Shown here: in pieces, positions 1 through 11,182 of the stretch
How the letters are laid out: the number at the start of each line of letters is the position of its first letter
Position numbering within the stretch: position 1 is the first letter of the stretch
DNA from: Squalus acanthias
Lineage: Eukaryota
Reading direction: 5' to 3'
NCBI GenBank assembly: GCA_030390025.1
Contig: CM059431.1
Coordinates: forward strand, 134,852,001 to 134,916,000
Length of the DNA: 64,000 nucleotides
Translations under genes and position numbers: made by a program
Notes under the pieces: model-generated
The model's input: the letters and a program-made list of their open reading frames with translations, nothing else
Database searches by the model: none
What the model was told of the DNA's origin: nothing

Positions 1-94
1 CATGTGCCAAATCCAGAGGTTATGGTCTGTTTCAAAGGCGGAATGATGGCGAACGCTGCCAGTTCGCTGTCATCCCGACCACAAATTCCGGGCC
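1..94. mobile_element. Probable right end of a Harbinger-type element, cut by the window edge
   Basis: Ends in ...CAAATTCCGGGCC, resembling other Harbinger TIR ends in this window, and abuts the CR1 ORF2 remnant. Confidence 0.35.
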
Positions 95-823
95 AAAATC
101 TGTTTTGTCTTCATTTGCTGTTCTTTATATCTCTCCCAGCCCCCTGGATCTACACTATTCTTTACACTTTTGTATGCTTTGGTCGACCATGGTTGTTCTA
201 TTTGGTAAGTAGAGTTCTTGCCTCTCAGGGGTATATACTGATCCTGTATTAAGCTAACTTCTTTTTTGAACACCTCCCACTGTTCATCTGTAGTTTTACC
301 CGGTAACAGTTTTGACCAGTTTACTGTCGTTAGTTTCTGTATCATCTCATTAAAGATAGCCTTACCCAAAATCTAGAATCTTAGGGGGCGATTTTCTGAT
401 GCCGGAGGAGGCGGGTTTGGAGTCGGGAATGGCGGGAAAATTAGAATCAATGAGGTGAGGTTCGAAACCCGACTCCAAGCCGCCTCCGTGGGATTTTGCC
501 GGTGCCGGTTTTGGAGGTCGGGAAACGCTCCCGCCTCCAGCTGGCCATTGCGTTAATTAACGTCTGCAAATGCTTGTTAAGGGCCTCTCTAAGCCTATTT
601 TGAGAGGCCCTCGTGAATTTCCCATCATTTTGGCGTGCTTCACGCAACTTCTGAACCACACCAGGTAAACCTGACGGGTTGACTCGTGGGTGGCCTCCTC
701 ACTGCTGCAGGTCTAACAAGACATCGTTCACTGCAGCAAGGATTACTTGCAGGGGCCAGACCTTGGCTTTAAAAGGTCTCTGAGCACTTTTAGAAGGCCT
801 TTCGAAGTCAGAGGTGCTACAGC

Positions 824-2095
824 TTGAATCAATCAACTGTGGGACCTCCTGTGAAGACCCTCGCCCCGCTTACAATGAGCGCTTCCCCAGAGGAGGCATC
901 TGCAAGCAGAATGGGAAACACTCATTTCCTTTCACATTGGACCTCAGATGAGGATGAGGACCATCCAGGGCAGCAGCAGAACCAGGCAGCTCAGCAGCAA
1001 CATCAGCTGCAGCCCCAACATCCTGCTCAGCCACCTGATGCTGCACAGGGCAGAAGACGCCAGCGCATCAAGACACCTCGCCGCAGGAGATACCCCCGAC
1101 AGAGGGTTTACAGACAAAGGATGAGCTGCCTCAACATGAGTGAGCAGCAGTGCCAAAGGAGGTTGAGACTTTCGCGTGAGGTAGTCCGAGAGATCTGCGG
1201 CCTGCTGCAGCAAGACCTGGTGCCCAGAGGAACGGGTGGACACGCCTTACCAGTGGCTGTCAAAGTCACCACCGCACTCAACTTCTTTGCCTCAGGCTCC
1301 TTCCAGGGATCATCAGCAGACATCAGCGCCATCTCCCAGTCAGCCGCCCACAGGTGCATCACCCAGGTTACCGATGCCCTTTTTGCTAAGTCCCACAATT
1401 ACATCCAGTTCACAAGGGATCAAGCAAGTGTAACCGCCCGTTCGGTTGGATTCGCAAATATGGCAGGCATGCCAATGGTGCAGGGAGTCATAGACTGCAC
1501 ACATGTGGCCCTTAGGGCGCCCCATCACAACCCAGCTATCTTTGTCAACCGAAAGGGCTTCCACTCCCTCAATGTACAGCTGCATGTTTGCGCCATGTAC
1601 CCTGGCAGTTGCCATGATTCTTTCATCCTGCGGCACTCTAATGCTCCTCCGCTTTTCAATCCACCAAACCAACTTAATGGATGGCTCCTTGGTGACAAAG
1701 GCTATCCCCTGAAGAAGTGGCTAATGATGCTGATCAGGAGGCCAGCTGACAAGGCTGAAGAGCGCTACAACGCCAGCCATACTTCGACCAGGTCCATCAC
1801 AGAGCAGACAATTGGGTTGCTGAAGATGCGCTTCCATTGCCTTGACCAATCAGGTGGAGCCCTGCAGTATACACCATTCAGGGTCTCCAGAATGGTTGTG
1901 GTCTGCTGTACACTGCACAACATCGCACAGCGTCGTGGCTTACAGCTTCCTGATGAGCAAGCGGCTCAGTTCCAGCCCTCCTCAAATGAGGATGAGGATG
2001 AGGAGGAGGAAGCTGAGGAGGAGGAGGAGGATCTGGAGGAGGAGCTGCAGGAGGAGGAGGAGCAGGAGGAGGAGCAGCAGGAGGAGGAGGAGTAG
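824..2095 (+). CDS. Harbinger (HARBI1-like, DDE_Tnp_4) transposase; in-frame ATGs at 875 and 911
   Basis: Motifs [69 protein letters not shown] and CCTLHN, followed by an acidic GAG-repeat tail. Confidence 0.9.
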   Translation: MNQSTVGPPVKTLAPLTMSASPEEASASRMGNTHFLSHWTSDEDEDHPGQQQNQAAQQQHQLQPQHPAQPPDAAQGRRRQRIKTPRRRRYPRQRVYRQRMSCLNMSEQQCQRRLRLSREVVREICGLLQQDLVPRGTGGHALPVAVKVTTALNFFASGSFQGSSADISAISQSAAHRCITQVTDALFAKSHNYIQFTRDQASVTARSVGFANMAGMPMVQGVIDCTHVALRAPHHNPAIFVNRKGFHSLNVQLHVCAMYPGSCHDSFILRHSNAPPLFNPPNQLNGWLLGDKGYPLKKWLMMLIRRPADKAEERYNASHTSTRSITEQTIGLLKMRFHCLDQSGGALQYTPFRVSRMVVVCCTLHNIAQRRGLQLPDEQAAQFQPSSNEDEDEEEEAEEEEEDLEEELQEEEEQEEEQQEEEE

Positions 2096-2439
2096 GAGGA
2101 GGTCAGAGCGCCGGTGTTTCGACCAGCGGCAGTGGCAGCACGCGAGCACCTGGCTGCCAGGGATGCAAGGGATGAACTTATCATGGCCAGATTTGTATAG
2201 GTTGGCCAAGTTGGCACATGTCCTTGGCTCCATGCCAGGACTTCATTGACAATGGACATGACTCTCTGGCCTCCTTTCAGTCAGGCCACCAACCTGACAA
2301 CGCAAGTGTGGCGTTGCCCGCAATGTGGAGCTGCCTAAGGCTAAGTAACAGATGGCATAACGCCAACATTTTGGCATCAAATCATGTTAATGCTTTCCAA
2401 CAGGGATGGCATTTCATCAATACACAGAAACAGTCTCCC

Positions 2440-2620
2440 AATCTACACACAGATCTGGAGCTTATATCCCTTGCCAGCTGTACCCACACAGCCTTGGTTT
2501 CTTTGGCAGGCCTCTTCCTTCGAGATGAGTGGAAGAGCACCTCCATGCCAGTTCTCACCCCCTCAAACAACATTTGCAGCATCTCATCTGAGAGCCTTGG
2601 GTAGGCCCTTGCCTTGGAAT
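2440..2620 (-). pseudogene. Truncated Harbinger Myb/SANT-like DNA-binding ORF
   Basis: Reads ARAYPRLSDEMLQMLFEGV...EVLF...KAVWVQLARDISSRS, a Myb_DNA-bind_5-type N-terminus, then breaks off. Confidence 0.7.
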
Positions 2621-3564
2621 TGGATATATGTATCTCAAAAGATGTTGGAGGTGGTGCAGGAGAAGCAGAAATGCTGTGGAATGAGCCAAGGGAGCAAGAA
2701 GCCATAAAATCAGACTGGAAAAGTGCTGTCAACAGAGGCGAGTTTCAGTCCCGAAACACTAATTGACCAAGGGCATCCCACACCTCTGAAATCAAGTGGC
2801 CAATCATGGGAAAATCTCAATTTTTTGAAAACTATCAGTGAAGGCAAGTTTCAGACACACCCAAGCCAAAACTCGCCTCCAGTGAGAAAATCACCCCCTT
2901 AGTAACTGTGTTAGTTTTCTCCTTTTCAAACCTAACATTGAATTCAAGCATATTATGAGCACCATTAGTGTTAGATTTTTACTAAGTCTGGCTCATTACT
3001 AAATCTAGCATGGCCTGTCCTCTTGTTGGTTCTAGAACATTTTGCTCTCGAAAACTATCAAGAAATTCACTACCTTTCTGACTTGAGCTACTCTGCTCTT
3101 CCCAATCTATATGAAAATTAAAGTCTCCCATTAAAACAATTCTTCTTTTGCTACAGCCTCTCTAATGTATGAATTAATACATTCTGCCACTTCATTGTTG
3201 CTATCGGGAAGCCTGTAGACAACTCCCATTACAGTTTTAAGTCCTCGCTTATTCCTCAATTCTAACCGCAGGGTCTCCGCTGATTGCTTTCGCTTTCCTT
3301 TACCTATATCTTCTCTTACTAATGTTGTAATAGTGTCTTTAATCAATAAGGCTCCCCCTCCTCCTCTTCCAGTTTCTCTATCCTTTATAAAGACCTTATA
3401 ACCTGGAATATTTAACTTTCAATCACGCCCAGCTTGCAGCCATGTCTCAGTAATGGCCACCATGTCATACACTCTGAGCTGTAATTGAGCCTCGAGGTCA
3501 CTCAATTTATTTCTTATACTCCATGCATTAGTATAAAGAACTCTTATTTGGACAAGAGACCCTA

Positions 3565-4457
3565 GGGGTAGAAATTAGGTCGCGCCCCATTTGGGGCGCA
3601 AATATCGTCTGGACGCAAATATTAGCGCCTGGCGCTAATTATCGGCACTGACAGGAAACTTCACTTTTACCGCCCCGGGAGGTGAGTGGAGCGCTAAAGC
3701 AGGCACTGCACACCTCTCTTAAGGCGCAAAGGCCAAGGAGTGAGGCGCTAACTCAGAGCGCTGGCGAAGCTCATGTAATGTCAGTCAGCAATGGAACACA
3801 CACACAATGGCACGGGCCAGTTCTTAAAGGGGATGGTTAATCTTGCTTTCCATCCACATCCTGCTCATTGCAGCCTTGAATCTCGGCCTGGAGAGACTTG
3901 CACATCAAATGTGCTGGAAAGAACAATGGAGAGTACCAGGCAAAGAGCTCAGAGTGCAGCTCCCACAGTCTCTGCTAAATCGATACAAGGAATGGCAAAT
4001 CAAAATGAACCTGCAAAGTGCTGCTCAGTACCCAAAACTCCTTCACACAACGTTGAATCTCTCCAGAAGTCTCTCCCTCTCTCTCTCAGAATGCGTAGTT
4101 CAAAAATGCCACCAACAATAAAAGACAGGAAGAGGCCCCCATTAAATAGCGCCCCCCCCAGCCCCACAGCGATTGATAGCGTTCCAGTCTTCTGGTCGTT
4201 GGATGCGCCAGGCGGTAAGGCAGGGGGCGCCACTCAATTTCTGCTCCGGGGTGCCACAAGGGCGTTGCACCATGGAATGACGTCACAATCTGCGCGCGCA
4301 GGTGGTCGCAGCGGTAAGTTTTAGCGCCGCCGCACAATCTCAAGTTAAGTTCTCGAGCGGCGCAAACATCGCTGCGCCCAGGCGTTAGTGGCTTTGCGCC
4401 CCATTAGCGCCCTCTTAAGGCGCTAACGGGAGGCGCAACCAAGTGAATTTTTACCCC
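3565..4457. mobile_element. Non-autonomous Harbinger-type element (MITE-like)
   Basis: TIRs GGGGTAGAAATT / GGGGTAAAAATT, CTA TSD at 3562-3564 and 4458-4460, and CpG-rich GGCGC subterminal motifs. Confidence 0.85.
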
Positions 4458-5070
4458 CTAGTCTGTCCTCCGCCCTGATACTGTCTTTCTCACACCGTTT
4501 AACTTAACATGTTTCGTATTTGTCACTCCTGCTGTAACTACTTTATATTTTTAGTATTCCCTTCATCTAGAATATCTATATCACTGTTTGTGACCTGAAC
4601 TCTGTTTTTATCCCTTTCTAAAAAATCTTTCTACTATCATTTTTACTATTTTTTCTGACTGAAGCCCCCTCCCCCACCCATTTATTTGTTTGATGTACTT
4701 TTTACAAGCCTATTTATCCTTTCTGCTAGGATCTTGGTTCCATCCCAGTTCAGGTGCAGCCTATTCCAAAGGTACAGCTCCCTCCTATCCCAGTACTGGT
4801 GCCAGTGTCCCACGAAATGTACCCCTCCTTCCCACACCACTCCTTTAGCCAGGTGTTCACCTTCATGATTGGTTTATCCCTATGCCCATTAGCAAGTGAT
4901 TCAGATGATAATCTGGAGATTGCAACACTTGAGGTCCTGCTTTTCAATTTAACTCCTAACTCCTGATACTCCCTCAACAGGACTCCTCCCTCTTCTCCCC
5001 TATGTCACTGATCCTGACATGGACTACAACAACTGGGCCTTACCCCTCCTTTCCAGGCAAATTGGTCATG

Positions 5071-5345
5071 ACGGGCCATAAACTCAGGATTCTCACTAGA
5101 AAAATAAAGGGGGAAGTTAGAAGAATAGTTTCCTTAGAGGACTATTAGAACATCCAACATTTTACCATAAATGACTATTGAGTCAGAGACTGTAACATCA
5201 TTTAGAAAGGAATTAGATATATTTTTGAAAAGGAAGAATATAAAAGGGTATGAGGAAAGTGCATTACTCCCATCGAAATGTTGACACCAGGACAGGTGTG
5301 ATGGGCTGAATGGCCCCCTTCTGTGCTGTAAATGTTATGATTCTG
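5071..5345 (+). mobile_element. Old CR1 3' fragment
   Basis: Degraded RGH...F end of ORF2 and a CR1-type tail (GGGCTGAATGGCC...CTGTGCTGTAAA..TATGATTCT). Confidence 0.7.
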
Positions 5346-5649
5346 TAATGTAAACGTGAGTCTGTAATATAGGAATGCTAGCCCAACATTAAGCTTCAGA
5401 GTAGCGGGTGCGGGGGTGGGGGGCGGGGGAGGGGAGGTGGAAGAGATCTAACCTACTCACTGTTTTCTACAATTTACAAGCAAACTAATCTGCAATGTGA
5501 GCTATGAAAAACTACCCCCCACCCCACAACATCCATCCCCCAGTCTAACTATTATGATAAAGATAAAGCCAAATAAGCAGAATGTGCAAATACAATACAA
5601 ACAGAAGTTTGCCAAAACTCTTCTCCACAATCTAAATTTCCTCAATCAC

Positions 5650-5950
5650 CAAGACAGATCACCTTTCGATCCCACGCCAGGATTTCAGCATATAATGAAT
5701 ACAGACACTACAGTGCAGTGCTGAGGGAGTGTTCCATTGTCATGTGTGCCATCATTCAGATGAGATGTTGAACCAAGATCTTTTCTGCCTGTTCAGTTCA
5801 AATCATGAATTAACTGGCTATTCATCTCACTGCTATGCGTGAGATGATGCTGGTGAAGAATGACTGCTATATTTACCAACATAACGGTCACTGCATTTCA
5901 AAAAGTATGAAGCTTGAATGTGATAATGACCTATAAAAATACTTTTAACT
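5650..5950 (+). mobile_element. Degraded Deu-domain SINE (AmnSINE1/SacSINE1-like)
   Basis: CAGTGCAGTGCTGAGGGAGTGTTCCATTGTC...CAGATGAGATGTTGAACCAAG matches the Deu-domain core as recalled. Confidence 0.7.
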
Positions 5951-6076
5951 TCTCTTGCTTTCCCCAGATTTGATAACTGTACTTTTGAACATGAATGCGA
6001 TTGCAGTCAATGGCACTACTGTAGTCAGTGGTTTCCACTTATCTCACAATGCTATATAAATTGAGTTATGAGCTAC

Positions 6077-6196
6077 CAATGTTCCTTTTAAATGTTTTTT
6101 TGCACGCACGGTAAGTTAGAGGGAACAGCTTGTGAGCGGCCTGCGCTGTACCAACTCGATTGCTGTGCGGCCGCGCGCAGCTCAGAGGGGACACTG
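6077..6196. mobile_element. Short MITE, probably hAT-type
   Basis: Imperfect TIRs CAATGTTCCTTTTAA and TCAGAGGGGACACTG, an internal TTAGAGGGAACA copy, and a CpG-rich interior in AT-rich flanks. Confidence 0.55.
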
Positions 6197-6376
6197 GTAG
6201 GTACATATTTTTAAAAAACCACAGGACTTTACATGGAACTTGGTACTTTATGAGAAGGTTATATAACATGCCCCAGCAAGAAGAGTATGACAGAAAAATG
6301 GTCTAATAAAAGTATTTCCTACAACTAATTAATCTTGAGCATATTATGTGTATAGAATTAAAAATAAAACTCGTAC

Positions 6377-6473
6377 CTTCAAACTGAGTGTCATCCACCA
6401 CTTTGTATTCTGTACTTTTAATAGCAAGTTCAACACCGTATCCTGAAAGGCGCACTTTCTTTGAGCTGGCTTT
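6377..6473 (-). CDS. UGGT2: UGGT2-like internal exon (97 nt, probably exon 6)
   Basis: Translates as KASSKKVRLSGYGVELAIKSTEYKVVDDTQFE, containing the conserved UGGT motif LSGYGVELAIKSTEYK. Acceptor AACAG, donor GTACG. Phase 0 start matches the previous exon. Confidence 0.96.
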
Positions 6474-6834
6474 CTGTTAAGTACACAGTATCAAATAGTA
6501 AAAGCTATACAAAGGATTTTAGTTGTCAAACATTCAAGAACATTAATTCCCAGAAATGCTCATTATATTTGGACTCTACTACAGTACTTGGAATAGAAAC
6601 ATTAAAGATAAGTAATTGTGATCTAAAGGTGTGGAGCATAAACACCAGCAAGGGGCAGTTGGGCCGAATGGCCTGCTTCTGTGCTGTACATTTGATGTAA
6701 TTCTATGTAATGTACAAACTGTCCTGCTGTAAGGATTCTAGTAATATACTGCTTAGCATGTCAAACCACAAACACATTAATAACTCAGTAAACATTTGAT
6801 GCCAATGGAATAGCTGAACAGTAAATACAACACC

Positions 6835-7200
6835 TCTCCCAGTGGCTTGGATGGAAAATGCACTGCCTGGTATGGAACTGAGCAAACAGACCATTAAGGT
6901 TCCAGAGCCCATCCCTGATCTGTGCCGAGTTAAATTATCTTGGTCAAGGCAGCAGTAGGGGCAATATGATTGGTCTCATTACCCTGAGCTAGGGAGAAGG
7001 GAAGACAAAATATCAGCCAGTGTTCCCCGTCCAGATTACTATTCAGTGACCCATTGCTGGAAAGGTCGAGGACAGGCTCAAGCTTGGGTTGATGGCCTAA
7101 AAAGTTTAATAGTTACCAACACAAGAATGGCCACTTCGGCACTGTACTGAAGGGCTGCTAATGCCAACTGATTTGTACCCTATTATAAGTTATTGTCTTC
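6835..7200 (+). mobile_element. Degraded tRNA-derived SINE
   Basis: Eroded tRNA-like head (ACTGAGC..ACAGACC..AAGGTTCC..ATCCCTGATCTGTGCCGAGTTA) resembling a common shark SINE. Family not assigned. Confidence 0.45.
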
Positions 7201-7444
7201 TCAAGGGGTGAAAAATTGGAGGGAAAAATGCAGACGTACAGTACTAAGTTGGCGTTTAAAGAAGATGAGCCTTATAAAGTTTAAAGGTGAGATAACGGAC
7301 TACCCAAAAGCGAGATACACACTGGAGATCATTTAAATAATTCAGATCAGTTCCCAGTCCCTTGTAGACTCACCTGTGCCACAAAAAAAATTCTCCTTAA
7401 ATAATTTATTTTTTTGCATTCTTTTTGTAAAAAGTAAATACATA

Positions 7445-7648
7445 GGCCTAGAAATTCGATTGCGTAGCGCCGGTTGTTTGGGATGCTGCTTTGGGTCAAA
7501 AATGGCATCCAATCAGTGCATGCACAATTCTGGTGGGGTCCACCATCTTGGTGAGGACGGTAGCGTCGGCGCTGGGAGCGTGTGTCAGAAGTATGTACAG
7601 TAGGCGGAGGCGCTAACGGGAGGCGCTAACCAACCGAATTTCTAGCCC
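7445..7648. mobile_element. Harbinger-type MITE, 204 bp
   Basis: TIRs GG(C/G)CTAGAAATTCG and ATA TSD at 7442-7444 and 7649-7651. Its 3' subterminal sequence GGCGCTAACGGGAGGCGC is shared with the 3565-4457 element. Confidence 0.85.
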
Positions 7649-8309
7649 ATAGAAGTTTACGTCACATAAGGAGGCCATTCAGCCCATCCTATCCAGTTAT
7701 TTTTAAATTAGACATTGTGCTGTACTGGATATAGAAATGTTAGATGATTTAAAAAAAGGTCAACAACAGTAACTTTCTTAAAATTGTGTGCCTCATTTTC
7801 ACAATTTGAAAAATATCTATATACCAGAACATACTTTAGGCAGAAAATCCTCCATTATGTGGTACTGTTCTATAGCATGTGGTGGCATTTCCATTTATCA
7901 GAATTAACCCAAAACTAAATATCCATTTGTAAATGTTTCTTAATGCACGTTATGAGTGTTATTTTAGTACAGTCACCAGTAGCAAATTATAATACTGCCT
8001 TGAGGCACAGCCCGCTTAAAAAAAAAATTCTAAACATCACTCAGGACCCATTACAGGGCCTTTCTGAAAGAGATGGAATAAAGCAAGTATTAAGCTGCCT
8101 TTAACTTGGTCATTTTTCATTTTAGATTCTAGGAGCCTAGCATTCATGAAATATGTCCCAGCATGTATAGAGTTTAATGTATTTTCCATAGCCCAGCAGA
8201 AGACTCGTAGACCAAGTTTTACCTCCCTCAAAACCATGGCATTATTACGAATAAACCAACGGCTAACATTAATTGGTTAGAAAATGTTGCTTTATCCTTT
8301 TTATCATCA

Positions 8310-9320
8310 CTTAGCCTGTGCGCCTACATGTACACGTGCGACAGTTCCTCGCCTCCCAGTGCTTTATTGTCCACCACAAATCCAGACAGAAATCTGGGAC
8401 AGGATACAGATATTTAAAAGGAGCCTGGTGATGAGTCAGCAATTCATAAGTTAGCGGGGAAACAATAAAACATTTTTAAAAGTTACTGATATAATAAAGT
8501 AGGGTTTATGGAGTCAGAAGTGGGTAAGCTCACTATCTGGAAGTGTAAAGGACAAATCAGTTGAGACAAAGCCGTTAAATAAGATCAGTTAACATCCACT
8601 TTTAAAAGATTATACAAAATTAAACAAATGCAAGCGGTTTACAAAAATCATCAATAATCAGTACTTGCAGATAAAATCGAAAATAGAAATACTGATCTGT
8701 ACAGTCATGTAGGCCGACATTTAAAATTGACTTTGTGGTAAATATTTCTTTCCATTTTAAGCTTATTGCTTCAAGATCAGTGTGCTGCAGGAACACACAA
8801 TGACAAAGAGCTGAACGTACAGTGACAGGAAGTGGATATGTCTTGTGTTCATTTTCATGCCAAAGACCACACAGAGGAATCTGGCTGTGTCCCCTGTACC
8901 AACAGCATTAGCACTCCAGCGAGAAAAATCCAATCGTGGATCATTAGGCCTTCTAACAGCCTCAGACAGCACAGAGATAAAAATTTGCAAGGACTGCATA
9001 AGCAATTCTCACGCTGATCCTGCCAAAGTTTGTGGGGTCAGGGAAAGGTCCCTTCATTTGAATAGCCCAGGCTCGTGTCCATGCCACTAGGGGTGCATTT
9101 TGGGCATGTGCCGGCTGAAGGAGATTTCATACTGTGGCAAGTTTGTCACACCAGGGGCATCGCCCTCCCCTCCACAACCCCTGCCCCAGAAAGCAGCCAC
9201 AAGTGCCCCTCGGTCCCCTTTACAAAGGAGTGCAAAACCAAAAAAATATTCACCTCCTCTTCAGAGGTCCAGGTTGCAGCCCAGGTCTGGACACCATTTT
9301 CACCAATCAAGTGGCCAACA
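8310..9320 (+). mobile_element. Old Gypsy-like LTR retrotransposon 5' remnant (LTR, Leu PBS, decayed gag)
   Basis: TATA-like element at 8411 and AATAAA at 8464 and 8493. PBS-like TGGAGTCAGAAGTGGGT at 8509-8525 (compare tRNA-Leu PBS TGGTGTCAGAAGTGGGA). Downstream LQDQC..G and CKDC..SH..P..C / HFGHV zinc-knuckle-like residues in broken frames. Confidence 0.55.
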
Positions 9321-10108
9321 AACCTGGTCCTGCAGGCAGATTTCAGAGAGCTAGGAAAGAGATTAAAAAGCAGGACCTCAAAGGCAGTAATCTCTGGATT
9401 ACTCCCGGTGCCACGCAGGAGTATAGAAACAGGAGGATAGAGCAGATCAATGCGTGGCTGAAGAGATGGTGCAAGAGGAAGGGCTTCAGATTCCTGGGGC
9501 ATTGGGGCCGGTTCTGGGAGAGGTGGGACCTGTACAGGACGGACGGGTTGCACCTCAACAGAGCCGGTACCAATATCCGCACAGGGAGGTTTGCTAGTGC
9601 TGTTGAGGAGGGTTTAAACTAAGTTGGCAGGGGGATGGGCACCAGGATGTAGCATTAGAAAGGAGAAACAAAGGGCACAAAGGATTGGGAGAGACAGATA
9701 GCACGAGAGTAAGAAATAGTAAAGTATTAGTAAGGGTCAGACTAAGAGAGAACATAGGATGGTCTAAGATAGGTTTAAACCTCGGGAGATTTGAAAGGCG
9801 AGCGAGAGTGGCTGGAGAGCGCCAAACCTCGGGAGATTTGAAAGGTGAGCCGGGGCTACAACGGACCGGTGAGTGTAAAGAAGTAAAAAGTAATCGAAGT
9901 GTGACATCACCAGAAAGCAGGTAAGTGATTGGTTGGTGAGTATTTCTCTCTTTCTCCTTTTTTCCGTACTTAAATTCTGTGGTTCATAGTTTCTAGAGTC
10001 TCTGTGGTGTAGCGGGGACTGCTGTTAAACAAGGGCCCTTGAGTATATCATTTAATTGAAGTGAAATTGGTGGGATTCATTTAATTTAATTTTAATTAAG
10101 GGTAAGTC

Positions 10109-11060
10109 ATGGCAGGAGAGCTCCGCCCCGTGATATGCTCCTCCTGCTATATGTGGGAAATCAGGGACGCATCCTGTGTCCCTGACGACCATGTGTGTGG
10201 GAAATGTATCCAGCTGCAGCTACTGACAGACCGCATTGCGGCGCTGGAGCTGCGGATGGATGCATATTGGAGCATTCGTGACGCTGAGAATGTCGTGGCT
10301 AACACGTTTAGCGAGTTGGTCACACCGCAGGTAAAGGGTGTACAGGCAGGAAGGGAATGGGTGACCACCAGGCAGAGTAAGAGGTGCAGGCAGGTAGTGC
10401 AGGGGTCCCCTGTGGCCATCCCCCTCTCAAACAGATATACCACTTTGGATGCTGTTGGGGGGGATGACTTATCAGGGGAAGGCAGCAGCAGCCAACTTCC
10501 TGGCACCATGGGTGGCTCTGCTGCACAGGCTGGGAGGAAAAAGTGTGGAAGAGCTTTAGTGATAGGGGATTCAATTGTAAGGGGAATAGATAGGCGTTTC
10601 TGCGGCCGCAAACGAGACTCCAGGATGGTGTGTTGCCTCCCTGGTGCAAGGGTCAAGGACGTCTCGGAGCGGCTACAGGACATTTTGGAGGGGGAGGGCG
10701 AACAGCCAGTTGTCGTGGTGCACATAGGCATCAACGATATAGGTAAAAAAATGGGATGAAGTCTTAAAAGCAGAATATAGGGAGTTAGGAGGTAAATAAA
10801 AAAATAGGACCTCAAAGGTAGTAATCTCAGGATTGCTACCAGTGCCACATGCTAGTCAGAGTAGAAATAGGAGGATATTTCAAATGAATACGTTGCTAAA
10901 GGAATGGTGCAAGGGGGAGGGATTCAAATACCTTGGCCATTGGAACCGGTTCTGGGGGAGGTGGGACCAGTACAAACGGGACGGTCTGCACCTGGGCAGG
11001 GCCGGGACCGATGTCCGAGGGGGAGTGTTTGCTAGTGCTGTTGGGAAGGGTTTAAACTAA
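10109..11060 (+). pseudogene. CR1 ORF1: zinc finger, leucine zipper and SGNH esterase, frameshifted
   Basis: CSSC...CGKC, LTDRIAALELRM, GDS, CLPGA, HIGIND and DGLH motifs. Disrupted near the A-run at about 10750. Confidence 0.88.
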
Positions 11061-11182
11061 AGTGGCAGGGGGTTGGGAACCTGAGCAGGGAGACAGAGGA
11101 AAGGGAAACAAGGATAAAAGCTAAAGACAGGAAGGAGAAAAACAAAAGTAGAAGGCAAAGAACTCAACGGTTTAAATCAAAC

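Larger units (their letters stand above)
384..2898 (+). mobile_element. PIF/Harbinger DNA transposon, 2515 bp
   Basis: TIRs GGGGG(C/T)GATTTTCT at both ends. TTA target-site duplication at 381-383 and 2899-2901. Transposase on + with a convergent Myb/SANT remnant on -. Confidence 0.93.
95..5040 (-). mobile_element. Degenerate CR1 LINE (ORF1 esterase remnant and ORF2 endonuclease region) split by two DNA transposons
   Basis: Minus-strand frames give ELGVKLKSRTSSVAIS...WLKEWCGKEG (ORF1), LELRNKRGLKTVMGVVYR (endonuclease) and TTDEQWEVFKKE. The sequence rejoins across the insertions at 384-2898 and 3565-4457. Confidence 0.85.

Noticed and set aside
824..2095. Domesticated HARBI1 host gene
   Set aside because: The ORF is bounded by TIRs and a TTA TSD and sits inside a CR1, so it is a transposon copy.
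8425..8465. Hammerhead-like TGATGA...GAAAC motif
   Set aside because: The core reads GTGATGA rather than CTGATGA, and no convincing stems I-III form.
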